Source: Enoplolaimus lenunculus
Lineage: Eukaryota
DNA: 64,000 bases
Assembly (NCBI GenBank): GCA_030248215.1
Contig: JASANG010003810.1
Coordinates: forward strand, 310,001-374,000
Direction of reading: 5' to 3'
The notes beneath the pieces are model-generated. The model was not told the origin of the DNA. It was given only the letters and a program-made list of their open reading frames with translations, and searched no databases. The position numbers and the translations under genes are program-made. This document shows, piece by piece, positions 30,836-43,008 of the stretch; within the stretch, counting starts at the first letter, position 1; each line of letters opens with the position of its first letter.

Positions 30836-33800
30836 TTAGATCGACAAATCATCAAATGCCGATGTCCATAGATCCATTGCTTCACGTTTTCGACGCATCG
30901 TAACTTCTGAAACAAATTCGAATATACCGTTCAAATTCAATTGTACTTCAGTATATAAATTATATATGTTTGAAAATTTATATACATATATCTTGTTAAA
31001 AAGAAAATAAATAGAATTGTTATAATTTTTTGTATGTCAGAAAAATAAAATATTAAAACTCCAAGTTTTATAAAAATTTCCGGGTACCTTTAAAATTTTT
31101 GATTTAGTATATATACTGTAGTGACCTGAATAAGACGTAAAGAGATTGACAGTTACACTCAAAATATATATTTATGATATTTAAGAAATTTTTTTACATT
31201 TAAGAAATATGATTAGCAAGGTGCAGTTGAAAAGTATTTCTGTTATAACAGAAAAGTTTTCAAAATCGTTTTGAAATAAAGTCTGAAAATATAACGTTTT
31301 CCAGTTATTTTTAGAAAAATTGTCTGAAATATCAGAAAAAATTTTAGATTTGTCACAGAAAAAATACATTTTTGTGTACATTTAGTCTTTCCAAATGGAA
31401 CCCCCATGTTATTCGATTACGGACTGCTGTTTATTTTTAACCCGCCGTCCTTCGTTTCTGATATATATCCGGTTTGCAGCTGTTCGTTCAGAACGTTATT
31501 TGTCTTGCATCAAAAGCTTGCACGATAACTCCAAGTTATACTAAGGAATGTACTCACTTCTCTAACTTAAAGTATGCTTTAAAGTTTCGAACTCGACTTT
31601 ATTTGGTTCTGGATTAGGAATAATTGGCATTTATACAATCTAATTAAGGTTTAGGGACTCTCCACTTACAGACTTTTATAGGGATACGGACTCTATTGAT
31701 TGCGACTCATAATAGGGACCCTTTCTAATTACTCCCACCCCTTATTCGAGTCACTACAGTATACACAATCCGAATTGCGCACTCTTCAGATAAATAATTG
31801 TAGAGTAAAATAAAACCAAAATTTCATTTTCTAAGTCAAAGCCTAAGCGTAATTCCGAGCCTCTTCCCAGCTGATTCTGAGCCTAAACCTACACTCAACT
31901 TCTGATACCAAACCTAAACTAAAATACAAACCTAAAACCTAAATCCTAAACCCTGTTTCTATTTCCAAGCGTAGGTATATATGTCTAAGCCTAGGTCTAA
32001 ATCTGAAGAGCTACACCTTAGCGCAGGCCGTGAGCTCATGTAAACATCAGGGGCGGAACGTTTTTCTGCGAGACTGCCATAAGACTAAATTAAGCTTTAG
32101 ATATATTGTTGCTCAGGCCAACGCTTAAGTATAAGCTCATTCTTACGCTTAGGCTTACCTTTATAAATATGCTTATACCACTGTTACGGCCCTGTTCTAT
32201 ACATTGGCCAACAGTTGTTCTATTCACGAACACTTACCATTATCATCATCATCATCATCATCACTGCTGCTGGAATCACCCATGCTTTTGCGCATCATCT
32301 TCATTGCTTTGTGTTTATGTTTCATATACAACGCTCGGCAAACAGGTTCGTTAGGCAAATTATTGCAGTCTGCGTTGCGTAACAATGGATTCCTGAAACA
32401 TCAAAACTTGCAAAACATATTTAATCATCATGAGCCTATCTTACTTTTAGGGACGTCCCAGTTTGTGGTGGGTCTGTAAAAAGGGTACGCTTACATTCTA
32501 GACTACATTTTTTGCTTAGCTTTAGACGTAGGAGTAGGCTTACGCTTAGGCTTAGAAGTAGGCTTAGACGTAGGAATACGCTTTTGCAACGCTTAGGCTT
32601 AGGTTTAGGCGTAGGCTTACGCTTGATCTACTGTTACGGCCGTAAAAATAACATTGGCCAAATTATTGGTCAAACTCCTTTCCGCAACACGTACAAACTT
32701 CAATTTGACCTGCTGGAAAAATGGAGCTAATCCGTACGTCATGGGTTCGAGCCCCACCGCATCCGTAACAAAATTTTCCTGAAAGGCTCTATATGGTGCT
32801 GTTTTGTTTTAATTGGTTTCACCATTCAAGCAATTTTACGAATTTCACCCCGGAAAAACCCCACCCACCCAAAAAACCCCTCCCCCCCCCCCCCCCCACA
32901 CCCCCGTACCGAATGACCCTGTAAAATTTTGGGGCGGAGTCAAAACTTACAAATTATTCCCGGCGGCTTTTTGGAGACACTGGCAAGTTGAAGGATATGC
33001 AGCTTCAGTCAGCTTGGCGAATATTTGTTCCATCGCTTGAAATTTCGCTTGCAGTGCATCCTTGAGTTTTGCTTCATCTGCGCAGTCGAATAGCGCGACC
33101 GGTGTACAGCTAAAAGTGCGGATCCCGAAAATAAACTTGAATACCCTTGTAAAACTACAAATATTCCCGCTCAAGTTTACTTTGAGGGGGCGTGCCGTTT
33201 TCCCACGGGACTCCAATAGAGTCTAAGCATTCACGCTGACGTCACTAAGGAGCCGTGGCGCTTGGCAGTCTCGAATACGAGCGAAAGAATTCTTAATTTT
33301 CAAAAGTAGACGGCTATTTTTTTGATTAATATTTTGTAAATCAGGTCTGAGTTTCTTCGTAAAGTCGTCATATGAAAATCGCAAATGTTTTATATATACC
33401 AGTCGCAGTGGGACTACATTTATTGAGAAAAACCCAAAAACACAAAAAATTATAAAAAATATAAAAAATTTTTTATCTAACTATTCATTTTTCGGTTTTT
33501 AGTTTAATCTTTTCCCCCCCAACAACAACTCCCCCCCTAATATTTTAAACCCACCCAACCAAAAAAAAAAAAAAAACCGCAAAAAAAAAAAAAAAAAACC
33601 AATGAAACCACACCCAAAAAAAAAAAAAAAAAAAACAAACATATATAATATACAATCTCTATGGAAGAATAAATCCTTGCGGACTTTCTCACGCAAACCC
33701 TTGATATACATACATTTTTATATTCTTTTTGGAATTGTACAGAAGATATATGTATATATATGTCATAGCCCAAGTCGTTATTCAGCCCAATTTCGAACTG

Positions 33801-36800
33801 GACTAGTCCAAAGTGGAATCACGACTTGGGCTAGCCCAAGACGGAAACATGTCCGATAAAGATGTGCCTTTTTTCTGATTTGTTATACTTGATAGTCGTA
33901 ATCCTGATTGATTCCACTTTGCTCAGCAGAACAAACTGATTGGTAGCAAACCGGTGGCGATATACTTAGCCAATCCGAAAACAGTATTCGCATCAGCCAA
34001 TCATATTTGAGTATGGCATTTAGGTAGCAACCAATCACAAGGCATGCACTTGTCGCATTGAAAGAATTACGCCGTGGGCAAGCTCCAATCGTAATCACGC
34101 CCCGGACTAGCCCAATTCGGAATTGGGATAAATTACGACTTGAGCTACGACATACATAAATATGCCATGAAAATGCCTCTAAAAAGACCACAAAAACCTA
34201 CAAATATGTCAAACATTCCATTGGATTTTTATGTTTGAGTTGACCAATTTTGAAGAACATTGTTGCCATTACTTCTTTGACTCGCATCGCAAACATCGGA
34301 CCACCAGATTCAAATTTATTCACTAAAATTAAATAATTCAACCACGTCTCGCATAGAGTATACGGCCAATGTATAGAACAGGGCCGGAACAGTAGTATAA
34401 GCATATTCCTATTAAGCCTAAGCCTAAGCCTAAGCCTAAGCGCAAGAATGAGCCTATACCTAAGCCTTAGCCTAAGCCTAAACAAAAACATTAGCCTAAG
34501 AGCTTAAGCTTAGTCTATTGCAGCCCGGCCTGAAAACGTTCCGGCCCTGTTCTATACATGGGCCGCCTGAGCCTAAGCCTAAGCGTAAGAATGAGCCTAT
34601 ACCTAAGCCTTAGCCTAAGCGTAAACAAAAACATTAGTGTAAAATCTTAAGCTTAGTCTATTGCAGCCCGGCCGAAAAACGTTCCGTCTCCGTTCTATAC
34701 ATGGGCCGAGTATACTATGAGCAACTTAACACAAACTGTATCCTCGAAAATGAGAGTCGATAAACAATAGAATACAACCTTTACCCCCACCAGTTGGGGA
34801 AACGAGTACGAACGAGACCGGATTAAGCGATGTTTTATGCTTGTAAAATTCAAAGGTTGGCGAAGTGTCCCACTGCGTCATTATACGCTCTGGTATATTA
34901 GTGATGGGCATTGGATATTTTTTCATATCCGGATATTGGGCAATTCTTCCGGATATTTATCGGGATATTCTGATATCCGGCAATTCTTCCGGATATTTAT
35001 CAGGATATCCGGATATCCGACTAGCGTTGGCCCCATGAAATTGAGTTGATTTTTTTGTCTCCGATTCTATCGAATGTCATCCTTCCGTTGAACTCGTCGT
35101 CTCGCTATATTTAGGTCTGCAACACAGTAGCTTTGGTTTCAGACTAATTTTTCTACTTAGGCTTACGCTACTGAGTCGCCCTCAAAAGTACCAATTAACG
35201 AAATTTTCATAACAGAACATGACCCCGCCTTTCGGAACTGCCGGATCAGCCCTTGGTCCACGGCGCGGTTGTAACTTACAAATCCGGACAACGTCTCCAC
35301 TATCGAGTTCACCGTTCTCTTCAAGCCCTTCAACGAACCGTCGAAGTCCACATTTCGCCGTGCAAACATGATGCTGTTTTGGCATCATCGCTTTAAGAAG
35401 ATACTTGCCACATTCGCCAAATTGTATCGGACTTTCACTGCAGCCATCGTTTCTAAAACAAATTACGGCTGTATATAAAGGTCAGGAGCTGAACGTTTTT
35501 CTGCGCAACTGCAATAGAGTAAACTTTACGCTTTTAGACTAACTTTTTGACTTAAGTTTATGCTTACGTATAAAGTTCATTTTTAAGGTTCATGGATCCT
35601 GTATATATAAAGGTCAGGAGCGGAACGTTTTTTCTCCGAAACTGCAGTAGAGTAAGCTTAAGCTTAAGGCTTATTTTTTGACTTAGGTTTAGGCTTATGT
35701 ATAAGTTCATTTTTAGGCTTAAGGTTAGAGTTAGGAATACGCTTATATACTGCCGTGACGACTATTTTCTATCCACTGGTCCAAATTCTTGTATGTAGAC
35801 CACGGAGTAGTACTGGAAATATTTTCAAATCAGCGTAGGATTTATTGAGCGAAGCGAAACTCCGAGCGAAGTTCGGAGTTTCGCGAAGCGTTTTATGTTT
35901 TGTACTCTGGGGTCGAACGGTGGATGCCCGTCCGTCCGTCCGTCTATCCGTCCAAAAAGAATCTCAGGAACGGCTGAACCGATATTGATAAACTTTTTTT
36001 GTTTGACAGCCAATTATTCTGGAATGTTAACCTCGCATTGGAGTTTCAAAGTTTTATGCCGTTTATTAGCTACAGGCTAATTTGCATAATTAGTTAAGCC
36101 TAAATTAGGACTTTTTAGAATATTTCGCATATTATTCAGGTTAAAAGCAGTATAATTTCAGCACTAAAGGGTTTTTAGGTGCGAGGAAATTGAATAAATA
36201 GTTTACAAACATCCAAAACCGATAATTGAACAGTTAGCTAACAGCTAATTTGCATATTAGCTTAATTGACAAGACAAAATTATGACTTTTTAAATTATTT
36301 CAGTAATTATTACGGCTTACTGAAGGTTTTTGGGTGCGAGAAATCTGAATAAATTGTTTATAAACGTCTAAAATCGATAACTGAGTAGTTAGCTAATAAA
36401 TAATTTGCATATAAGCATAGTTTATAAGCCTAAATTAGGACTTTACAACATTTCTCTCATTATTAAGGTTAAAAGCAAACTAATTTCAACACTAAAGGGT
36501 TTTTTGGTGCGAGGAATTTGAATAAATTGTTAACAACCTCCAAAACCGATAAATGAATAGTTAGCTAATAACTAATTTGCATATTACCTTAACTGCTTAC
36601 GTGTGTTCGAACTTTAATCAATACATGTAGTCCCACTGCAACTGGTTACTAGCCAGTAATTAGATATTAAGCAACTGGATCTATGATTTAATTCCACTTT
36701 TCCCGTTTTCCAACCAAAACCTATGCCCTACGCTTGAATTTTCCACTTTTCCACTTTTCTTGTTTTCCGACCCGAACCACTTATCTCAATGTTCCAGCCA

Positions 36801-39800
36801 AACCAACCAAAGTGTTCCTTCCCAATCAGACTTAGAGAAACCCTATACCTTTAACTTTTCCAGGTTTTTAGGTTTCCGAACCTCGCCTGTACCTCTAATT
36901 TTTCCTACCAAACAAGAGAATATGTGGCGGATCCAGGATCTCAAAATGGGGGGCCAAAATTTCACAGGTAATAAACTTATTTTTGACCCATACTGTAGTG
37001 ACCCAAATAAGAGGGGGGTCCCCATTTTGAGTCCTAATTAATAGGAGTCCATATCCCTAATAAGAATCCGTAAGCGTTTAGAGTCCTTAAACCCTTGTTT
37101 TGAGTCCATAAATGTCTATTATCCCTCAGTGTAGCGCATAAATGACTCCAGGGCCAAGAAACTTTAAAGCGTGCTTATACTATTGTGTATAAAACAGAGA
37201 AATAAACAGCGTAGAACAGCAACTGACACAATATAATTTTTGTCGAGATGCTGTTGGGGGGGCCACGGCCGGGGTGGCCCCCCCGTGGATCCGCCATTGA
37301 GAATATCTATAGGCGTTTGAATTTTCTAGTTTTCCCAGCCACACTTCTGGTGTTTAATTTTCCTACCAAAACAGCGGAAAATTTGGCCGTCATACAGAAA
37401 TGGCTGCGCTGCACTCCTGGTTATAAGTTTTCCACCGTGGAAAACTGGAAGCCCCTGTGCTATACTTTGGCCGTTAAGGCTAAGGCTTCAGGCTTTAGGC
37501 GTAGGTTTAGGCTAAGGCTGAGGCGCTATGAATACGCTTCAGTTTAAACACAGATTGGATCTTAAATGACCCTTGGACTAAAATCTTAGGCTTACGCTTA
37601 GGCTATAGGAGCATCCCATCTTCGACCATATCCTGAAACGCCAAAATCCCACATTCGACCATATCCCGAAACAACACCTTCGACCATAGTATGTACCACA
37701 CCTCAAATTCTTGTGACGGGATAGTGGAATTTTGAGACGGCAGCGAGGTTAACATTGGCCGGCTGGCCGATCTTAAAAAAGGGAAAGATCGGCCGGCTGC
37801 TCTTTAACAGGTAGGGAAACATCGGCCGGCCGATCTTTTAACTAGGAACGAAAGATCGGCCGGCCAATACTTCCGGGGGGTGGATAAACTCGCTGGTTGG
37901 AAAATCTGGCTTGTGACACCCGGCCGATTTTTTCGGGGGTGGGGATAAATTCACCGGTAGAAAAATCTGGCCGGTCACAGCGGACGTCATCGAAAGTATT
38001 GCGCCACCCTAAACCAAATCTAACGTCTAAATCCCGGCACTAGAGTTTGAGACCCGTTCTATTCAATGTGTGCAACTTGCAGCTGTCACGTACTGATTTT
38101 TCTTTCGAATCAAACATTTTGCGCCGTTGTCGAGCGCAGCTGTGAACTGTTTGTTCGCGGTGTCGTAGATTGACTTCACTTCGGATCGAACGTCGTCAGC
38201 TATTAAACACGACTCCACCTGAGATCCAGACGCACATCTGAAAAAAAGCGAATAATTACAAAAAATTGTGGCGCATACTCAATATTGAGTATTCTCAAAT
38301 GTGTGTACACTGCAAAAAATGGTGAGTCAAATTGACTCTCCCCGAAATAGGCCCTACGGGACTACACAAACTGAGTTAAATTCGACTCCACCAGAGTCAA
38401 AAATGTGACTCAGTGAATCGAATTTGACTCTAGGGGAGTCGAATTTGACTCAGTTTGTGTAGTCCGTAGAGCCTATTTCGGGGAGATTCAATTTGACTCA
38501 CCATTTGTTGCAGTGTAGCACCTATCACCAGTTGATGATATATCTTGTAGTTTTCGAACCGTGTAAATAGCAAGGTTTGAAAATCAGCATATTGTTTACC
38601 TTAGCGTATATTTCTCTGACAATACGCCTGCAGTTACATTGTATCAAATATTGCGCTACGTTTATATTAAATTTGGGGTGGGGGGCGCTATATTATTTTA
38701 GCTAAACATTTCATATACTGCACAAAACCGTCACTCAAATTGACTCTCTCCGAAACAGGCTTTTCGAGACTACACAAACTGAATCAAATTCGACTCCGCC
38801 TCTGAGTCAAACGTGCGACTCAGTGAATCGAATTTTGACTCAATTTGTATAGTCCCGAAAAGCCTATTTCGGAGAGAGTCAATTTGACTCACCATTTTTT
38901 GCAGTGTACATTGGCTGAATATTATTTTTCGAAACTATAGCCAAATTTTAGCTAAAACGTTCGAAATTGAAAAGCATAAAATGAGCGTGATTTGATTTCT
39001 TACTGTTTGCCGCACTTCTGTTCAGTGCTGTGAATAAATTCGAATATTTTCGTTAAATTTGTATGTTTTTCGTTCAATTTCGCGATGCATTCAGTCATTG
39101 TTGTCGCATGATCAGTTTCAACTTCTTCAAACACTTTATCCAAAAATTTCATCAAAGGATTTTTGCCGCCCCTGCCACCGCCGGGTCCATGACACATTTC
39201 ATGACCAGAAACCTAAACACAAAAGCTATGATAGCCATATGGGCTCCAGTCGACGCTCAGTCCTCACTGTAACAAAATGGGGAGTCAAATTGACTGTCTC
39301 CGAAATAGGCTTTTCCTGACAACACAAACTGAGTCTAATTTGACTCCGCCAGCGTCAAGTTCGACTCACTGAGCGATTCAATGAATCAAATTTGACTCTG
39401 GCGGAGTCGAATTTTGACTCAGTTTGTGTAGTCAGGAAAATCCTATGTCCGAGAGAGTCAATTCGACTCCCCATTTTTTACAGTATACAAAAAATTTTAG
39501 ACCTCCTAGAAAAGACTTATCACCACATGTTATGAAATCAACCACATGTCATATTAAAAATGGTTCTGGCTTTCCCTAGCATGTTGATCTGGCTACAGGT
39601 CGAATTTAATTAATTTTTGGACCATTGCAATTCAGCATAAAATCAATTGAACCAGGAACCACGAACCAAGGTATGGAATCGTTCCGGCATAAGTTGCACA
39701 AATATCATACAAAAATTCAACCAATGCCTTAATATATAACCTCCGACTGCGGCGAAATGTCAGCCTTGGCCTAATACTAAATTCAGCCCATGTAACATTT

Positions 39801-41567
39801 TGAGAAGGGAACCATTTTTAAAGCAGTATATATAGAGTAAGCTAAAGCTTTAGATTAATTTTTTGCTTTAACCAGGCTTTACTTATACGCGTATCTTTAC
39901 GTTGTGGCTTTACGCGTAGACTTAAAAATATGCTTATACTATAACTGTTTACGCTCCTCAAAGTGCTTACAACAATGACCCTCAGGTCAAAGCAAAACCA
40001 GAATCATGAGAGTTTTGTAGTTAACTTGTTCAATGGTAAACGAACGGCACAGGTCACATATAACCAAAAGAGTAGTCGTTATAAATTAGGCACACGTTGA
40101 GATGGATATTGGGGTTAGGCTCTTGCGCATTTCATACAAGCGTTCAATCTCGCTATATTACAAATTGCAATGAGTTGAGTAATCAACTCAGAGGGAGAAT
40201 TAGGTTATGTTTGGTTGTTTCTGAGTTAATACCAGTAAATATGAACTCGTTGTGGGCTGATTTATTATTCCGGATGAGTTGATTGATTAACTCAGAATGA
40301 GTTCAATCAATTCAGAATTCCGAGTTTTGAAAAACCTAATTCAGAGCTAAGACATCTGAGTGATTCAACTCATTCTGAGTTACAGTCAATTCACTTGAAT
40401 TTATAGTGTAAAGACGCAGGGATGGGCGCTATCTGTTAAAAACCAATACCAAGACCTGACTACCGAGATGGGCCAAGAAAAGTGTCGGCTTCGGTCAATT
40501 TTTGGTCATCACCGAAAAAACAAAATAAAATTTTCAAAACAAATTATTTCTATTGCTTTTTTTGTAGTTTTTTGTGTTTTAACGATGAAATTTCATAATT
40601 TCGCAGAAAAATTCTATTCATCAGCCATCATTTAATACGTCAACAATACAATCATACTGTAGTGACCCGAATAAGAGAGGGGTAATAAGAGAAGAGCCCC
40701 CATTTTGAGTCCCAATCAATAGGAGTCCGCATCCCTAATGAGTCTGTACTTAAGCGGATAGTCCCTGAACCCTAATTAGAGTCCATAAATGTCAATTATC
40801 TCTAATTGTAGCGCATAAATGACTCCAGGACCAAACAAAGTTGAGTTCGAAACTTTAAAGCATAATAAAGTTTTGAATGTAACATTCCACAGTAACGTTG
40901 CATGATCGCTCAAGCTTTTGATGCAAGACAATTAAATGTCTAATTAAACGGATAGTTGCAATACCCGATATATATCAGTAAAGAAGAGTGGCGGAGGGCA
41001 GGTTGAAAGCAAATAAAACTCCGTAACCGAATAGCAGGAGGGTACTCTCTGAAGAGGCCAAATAAATATCAATCCCCCCGCTTATTCGGGTCACACTACA
41101 GTACATTTGTTCTATCGTCGCCTTCTGGTCTCGGTTCCAAACCAGAAAAATTTTATTCATCAGCCATCATTTACTTCAGCAACACAGTCTCAACACCGAG
41201 ACCAAGACTCCGACCTGCGCTTCCGGCCGTTCCCGAGGACCGAAACCCCAAATTCACATTGCTAGAGGGTTAAAAAATTTTAAGGAATGGCAAACAAGGG
41301 TTTTCAATGACTTACAAGCAAGGCTAAAATTTTGTAAGAGGGCGAAATTTTCCGGGGGGGGGGAGGCTCGAGCCCTCCTGACACCCCGCCACCCTTGGCT
41401 ACAATCCCGGTCGCAGCTAGCGTTTAGTTTTTATAACAAATAAATTTGCCAAATTTATTGACGTACGTCACAGTGGCTCGTGACCTCTTGCTACGCCCCT
41501 GCGGTTTCAACCAAAAACTTACCGTCTGCTGAAACACGGCAATTGCGAGTAAAAGTATCAGATACAT
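30836..41567 (-). CDS. Unassigned secreted cysteine-rich protein, 373 aa, 8 exons
   Basis: Exons 41567-41523, 39212-39004, 38237-38094, 35452-35280, 34322-34202, 33154-32951, 32392-32238 and 30906-30836. All introns are GT-AG and the phases (0,2,2,1,2,2,1) give one open frame of 1122 nt. Signal-peptide-like start MYLILLLAIAVFQQTVSG. Ends SSSSDDDDDDDNEVTMRRKREAMDLWTSAFDDLSI*. Confidence 0.88.
31116..31759. mobile_element. Tc2/pogo-like MITE family E (longer variant)
   Basis: TA|CTGTAGTGACCTGAATAAG...CTTATTCGAGTCACTACAG|TA. Confidence 0.75.
33761..34152. mobile_element. MITE with ~75-bp TIRs in a TA-rich site
   Basis: TGTCATAGCCCAAGTCGTTATT...GGACTAGTCC versus GGACTAGCCC...AATTACGACTTGAGCTACGACA. 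Confidence 0.65.
34364..34707. mobile_element. Merlin-like MITE family A with (GCCTAA)n and a duplicated 3' half
   Basis: GG termini, TIR GGCC(A/C)ATGTATAGAAC, perfect 8-bp TSD GAGTATAC. The 3' end occurs twice (~34565 and 34707). Confidence 0.85.
35827..36652 (+). mobile_element. Helentron/DINE-1-like non-autonomous rolling-circle element
   Basis: GAGCGAAGCGA near the 5' end, a (CCGT)n microsatellite at ~35927-35952, three ~160-170-bp internal tandem repeats (TAATTTGCATA at 36078, 36246, 36401, 36573) and a CTAG end. An inverted copy of the 3' end lies at 33398-33428. Confidence 0.55.
38308..38515. mobile_element. CMC/EnSpm-like MITE family C
   Basis: CACTGCAA...TTGCAGTG, TSD TA/TA. Confidence 0.85.
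38716..38906. mobile_element. CMC/EnSpm-like MITE family C
   Basis: Colinear with the other family C copies, TSD TA/TA. Confidence 0.8.
39265..39485. mobile_element. CMC/EnSpm-like MITE family C
   Basis: CACTGTAACAAAATGGGGAGTC...GACTCCCCATTTTTTACAGTA. Confidence 0.8.
40156..40408. mobile_element. CMC/EnSpm-like MITE family B (diverged)
   Basis: Colinear with 24698-24927. Confidence 0.7.
40657..41101. mobile_element. Tc2/pogo-like MITE family E (complete)
   Basis: TA|CTGTAGTGACCCGAATAAG...CTTATTCGGGTCACACTACAG|TA. Nested inside a CAGGGATG/GAGACC-rich element (40417-~41235). Confidence 0.8.
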
Positions 41568-42064
41568 TAATAGTTTAAATTTTACAAAATTTAAGTCAAC
41601 CAGAACAAACGGCTGTTGCAGCAGACGGTTGATAGAAACCAATTCGACACCAGTGAAATTCAACAATTTATGTTTTTGACAAAAAACTTTTTTAATATAA
41701 AAAATATATGACAATTTTTCAAAAAGTTAAATAATCACAGTTTAAAAAATTGAAACTAATTTAAAAGCTGAGAGACAGTGTTGAGAATATTAAGTCAAAG
41801 TATAGCTTATTTACTTGCCAACGCACACACATCCGGAAATCCATACCTGCTAGTTTTTAATAGTCGTTTGTAGCATTTTTACTAGCAATTTTTAGACTAA
41901 ATCAGGATTTTTATTAAATTTTAGTTAACTGGAAATATATATGTATATATATAAATATATATATATTTATTTATTTATTTATATTCAAATAAACTACTAA
42001 AGTACATATACACTTTGGCCTATGTTACTTTTAGCGCCGTAACCACAGCTTATTACCATATTTC

Positions 42065-42212
42065 GGCCCATGTAAACATCCAGGGACGGAACGTTTTTCT
42101 GTGCGACTAGAAAAGAGTATTCAGCTTAGGCTTTAAACTAATTTTTTGCTTGGCTTAAAGGCTTTAGGAATATGCTTATAATACTGTTCCGCCTTTGTTC
42201 TTTACATTGGTC
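42065..42212. mobile_element. Merlin-like MITE family A variant
   Basis: GGCCCATGTAAA...TTTACATTGGTC with perfect 8-bp TSD CATATTTC. Confidence 0.8.
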
Positions 42213-42471
42213 CATATTTCTAAGCCTAAAGCGTAAAAATAACTTGATCTCAACCCGAAACTTTTTTGAAACTTGATTATTTATATACTCATAAAAATAT
42301 AAACGGAGCCACTTTTCTACGTACATCAAAATTACGAAATAAAAATAATTCAATATATAAGACAACTATTTCTTGAAACAAAGAAATCTGCTTCGTATAA
42401 ATTAGCAACGGTAATTTCATAAACATAAGACATTTATGTTTTAACCATTTCAGACACAAATTTCGGAGCTA

Positions 42472-42677
42472 CACTGCAAAAAATAGTGAGTCAAATTGCG
42501 GTTCTCTCCGAAATGGACTTTTCGGGACTACACAAATTGAGCCCAATTCAACTCCGCCAGAGTCAAATTCTACTCAATGAGTCGCACGTTTGACTCTGAC
42601 GGAGTAAAATTTGACACAGTTTGTGTAGTCTCAAAGAATATTTCGGAGAGAGTCAATTGGGCTCCCAATTTGCCGTG
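42472..42677. mobile_element. CMC/EnSpm-like MITE family C
   Basis: Colinear with family C, TSD TA/TA. Confidence 0.8.
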
Positions 42678-42787
42678 TAGGTGTAAATTTTAGACTAGTT
42701 TATGCTAGGCTTAAGCTTAAGCTTTCTGTCAAACTTGAGTCTGTTACGCTGAGAAGGCTTAAGCTTAAGTTTTCATGTATATTACTG

Positions 42788-43008
42788 CACAGCAAAAAAT
42801 GGTGAGTCAAATTGACTCTCTCCGAAATAGGCTTTTTTGGACAACACAAACTGAGTTAAATTTGACTCCACCAGAGTCAAATTTGACTCACCGAGAGACT
42901 CAGTTACTCGAATTTGACTCTGGCGGAGTCGAATTTTGACTCAGTTTGTGTAGTCCGGAAAAGCCTATTTCGGACAGCGTCAATTTGACTCACCATTTTT
43001 TTGCAGTG
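42788..43008. mobile_element. CMC/EnSpm-like MITE family C
   Basis: CACAGCAAAAAA...TTTTTTGCAGTG, TSD TG/TG. Confidence 0.85.

Noticed and set aside
32722..32762. tRNA-like GGTTCGAGCCCC B-box/T-arm
   Set aside because: No complete cloverleaf or A-box. At most a tRNA/SINE fragment.
33121..33130. Apparent non-canonical TTTTCGG acceptor on the minus strand
   Set aside because: A canonical in-frame TAG acceptor exists 30 bp upstream (exon start 33154).
33428..33640. A/C homopolymer-rich stretch (also 32850-32905)
   Set aside because: Looks like low-quality consensus or an assembly artefact. No interpretable structure.
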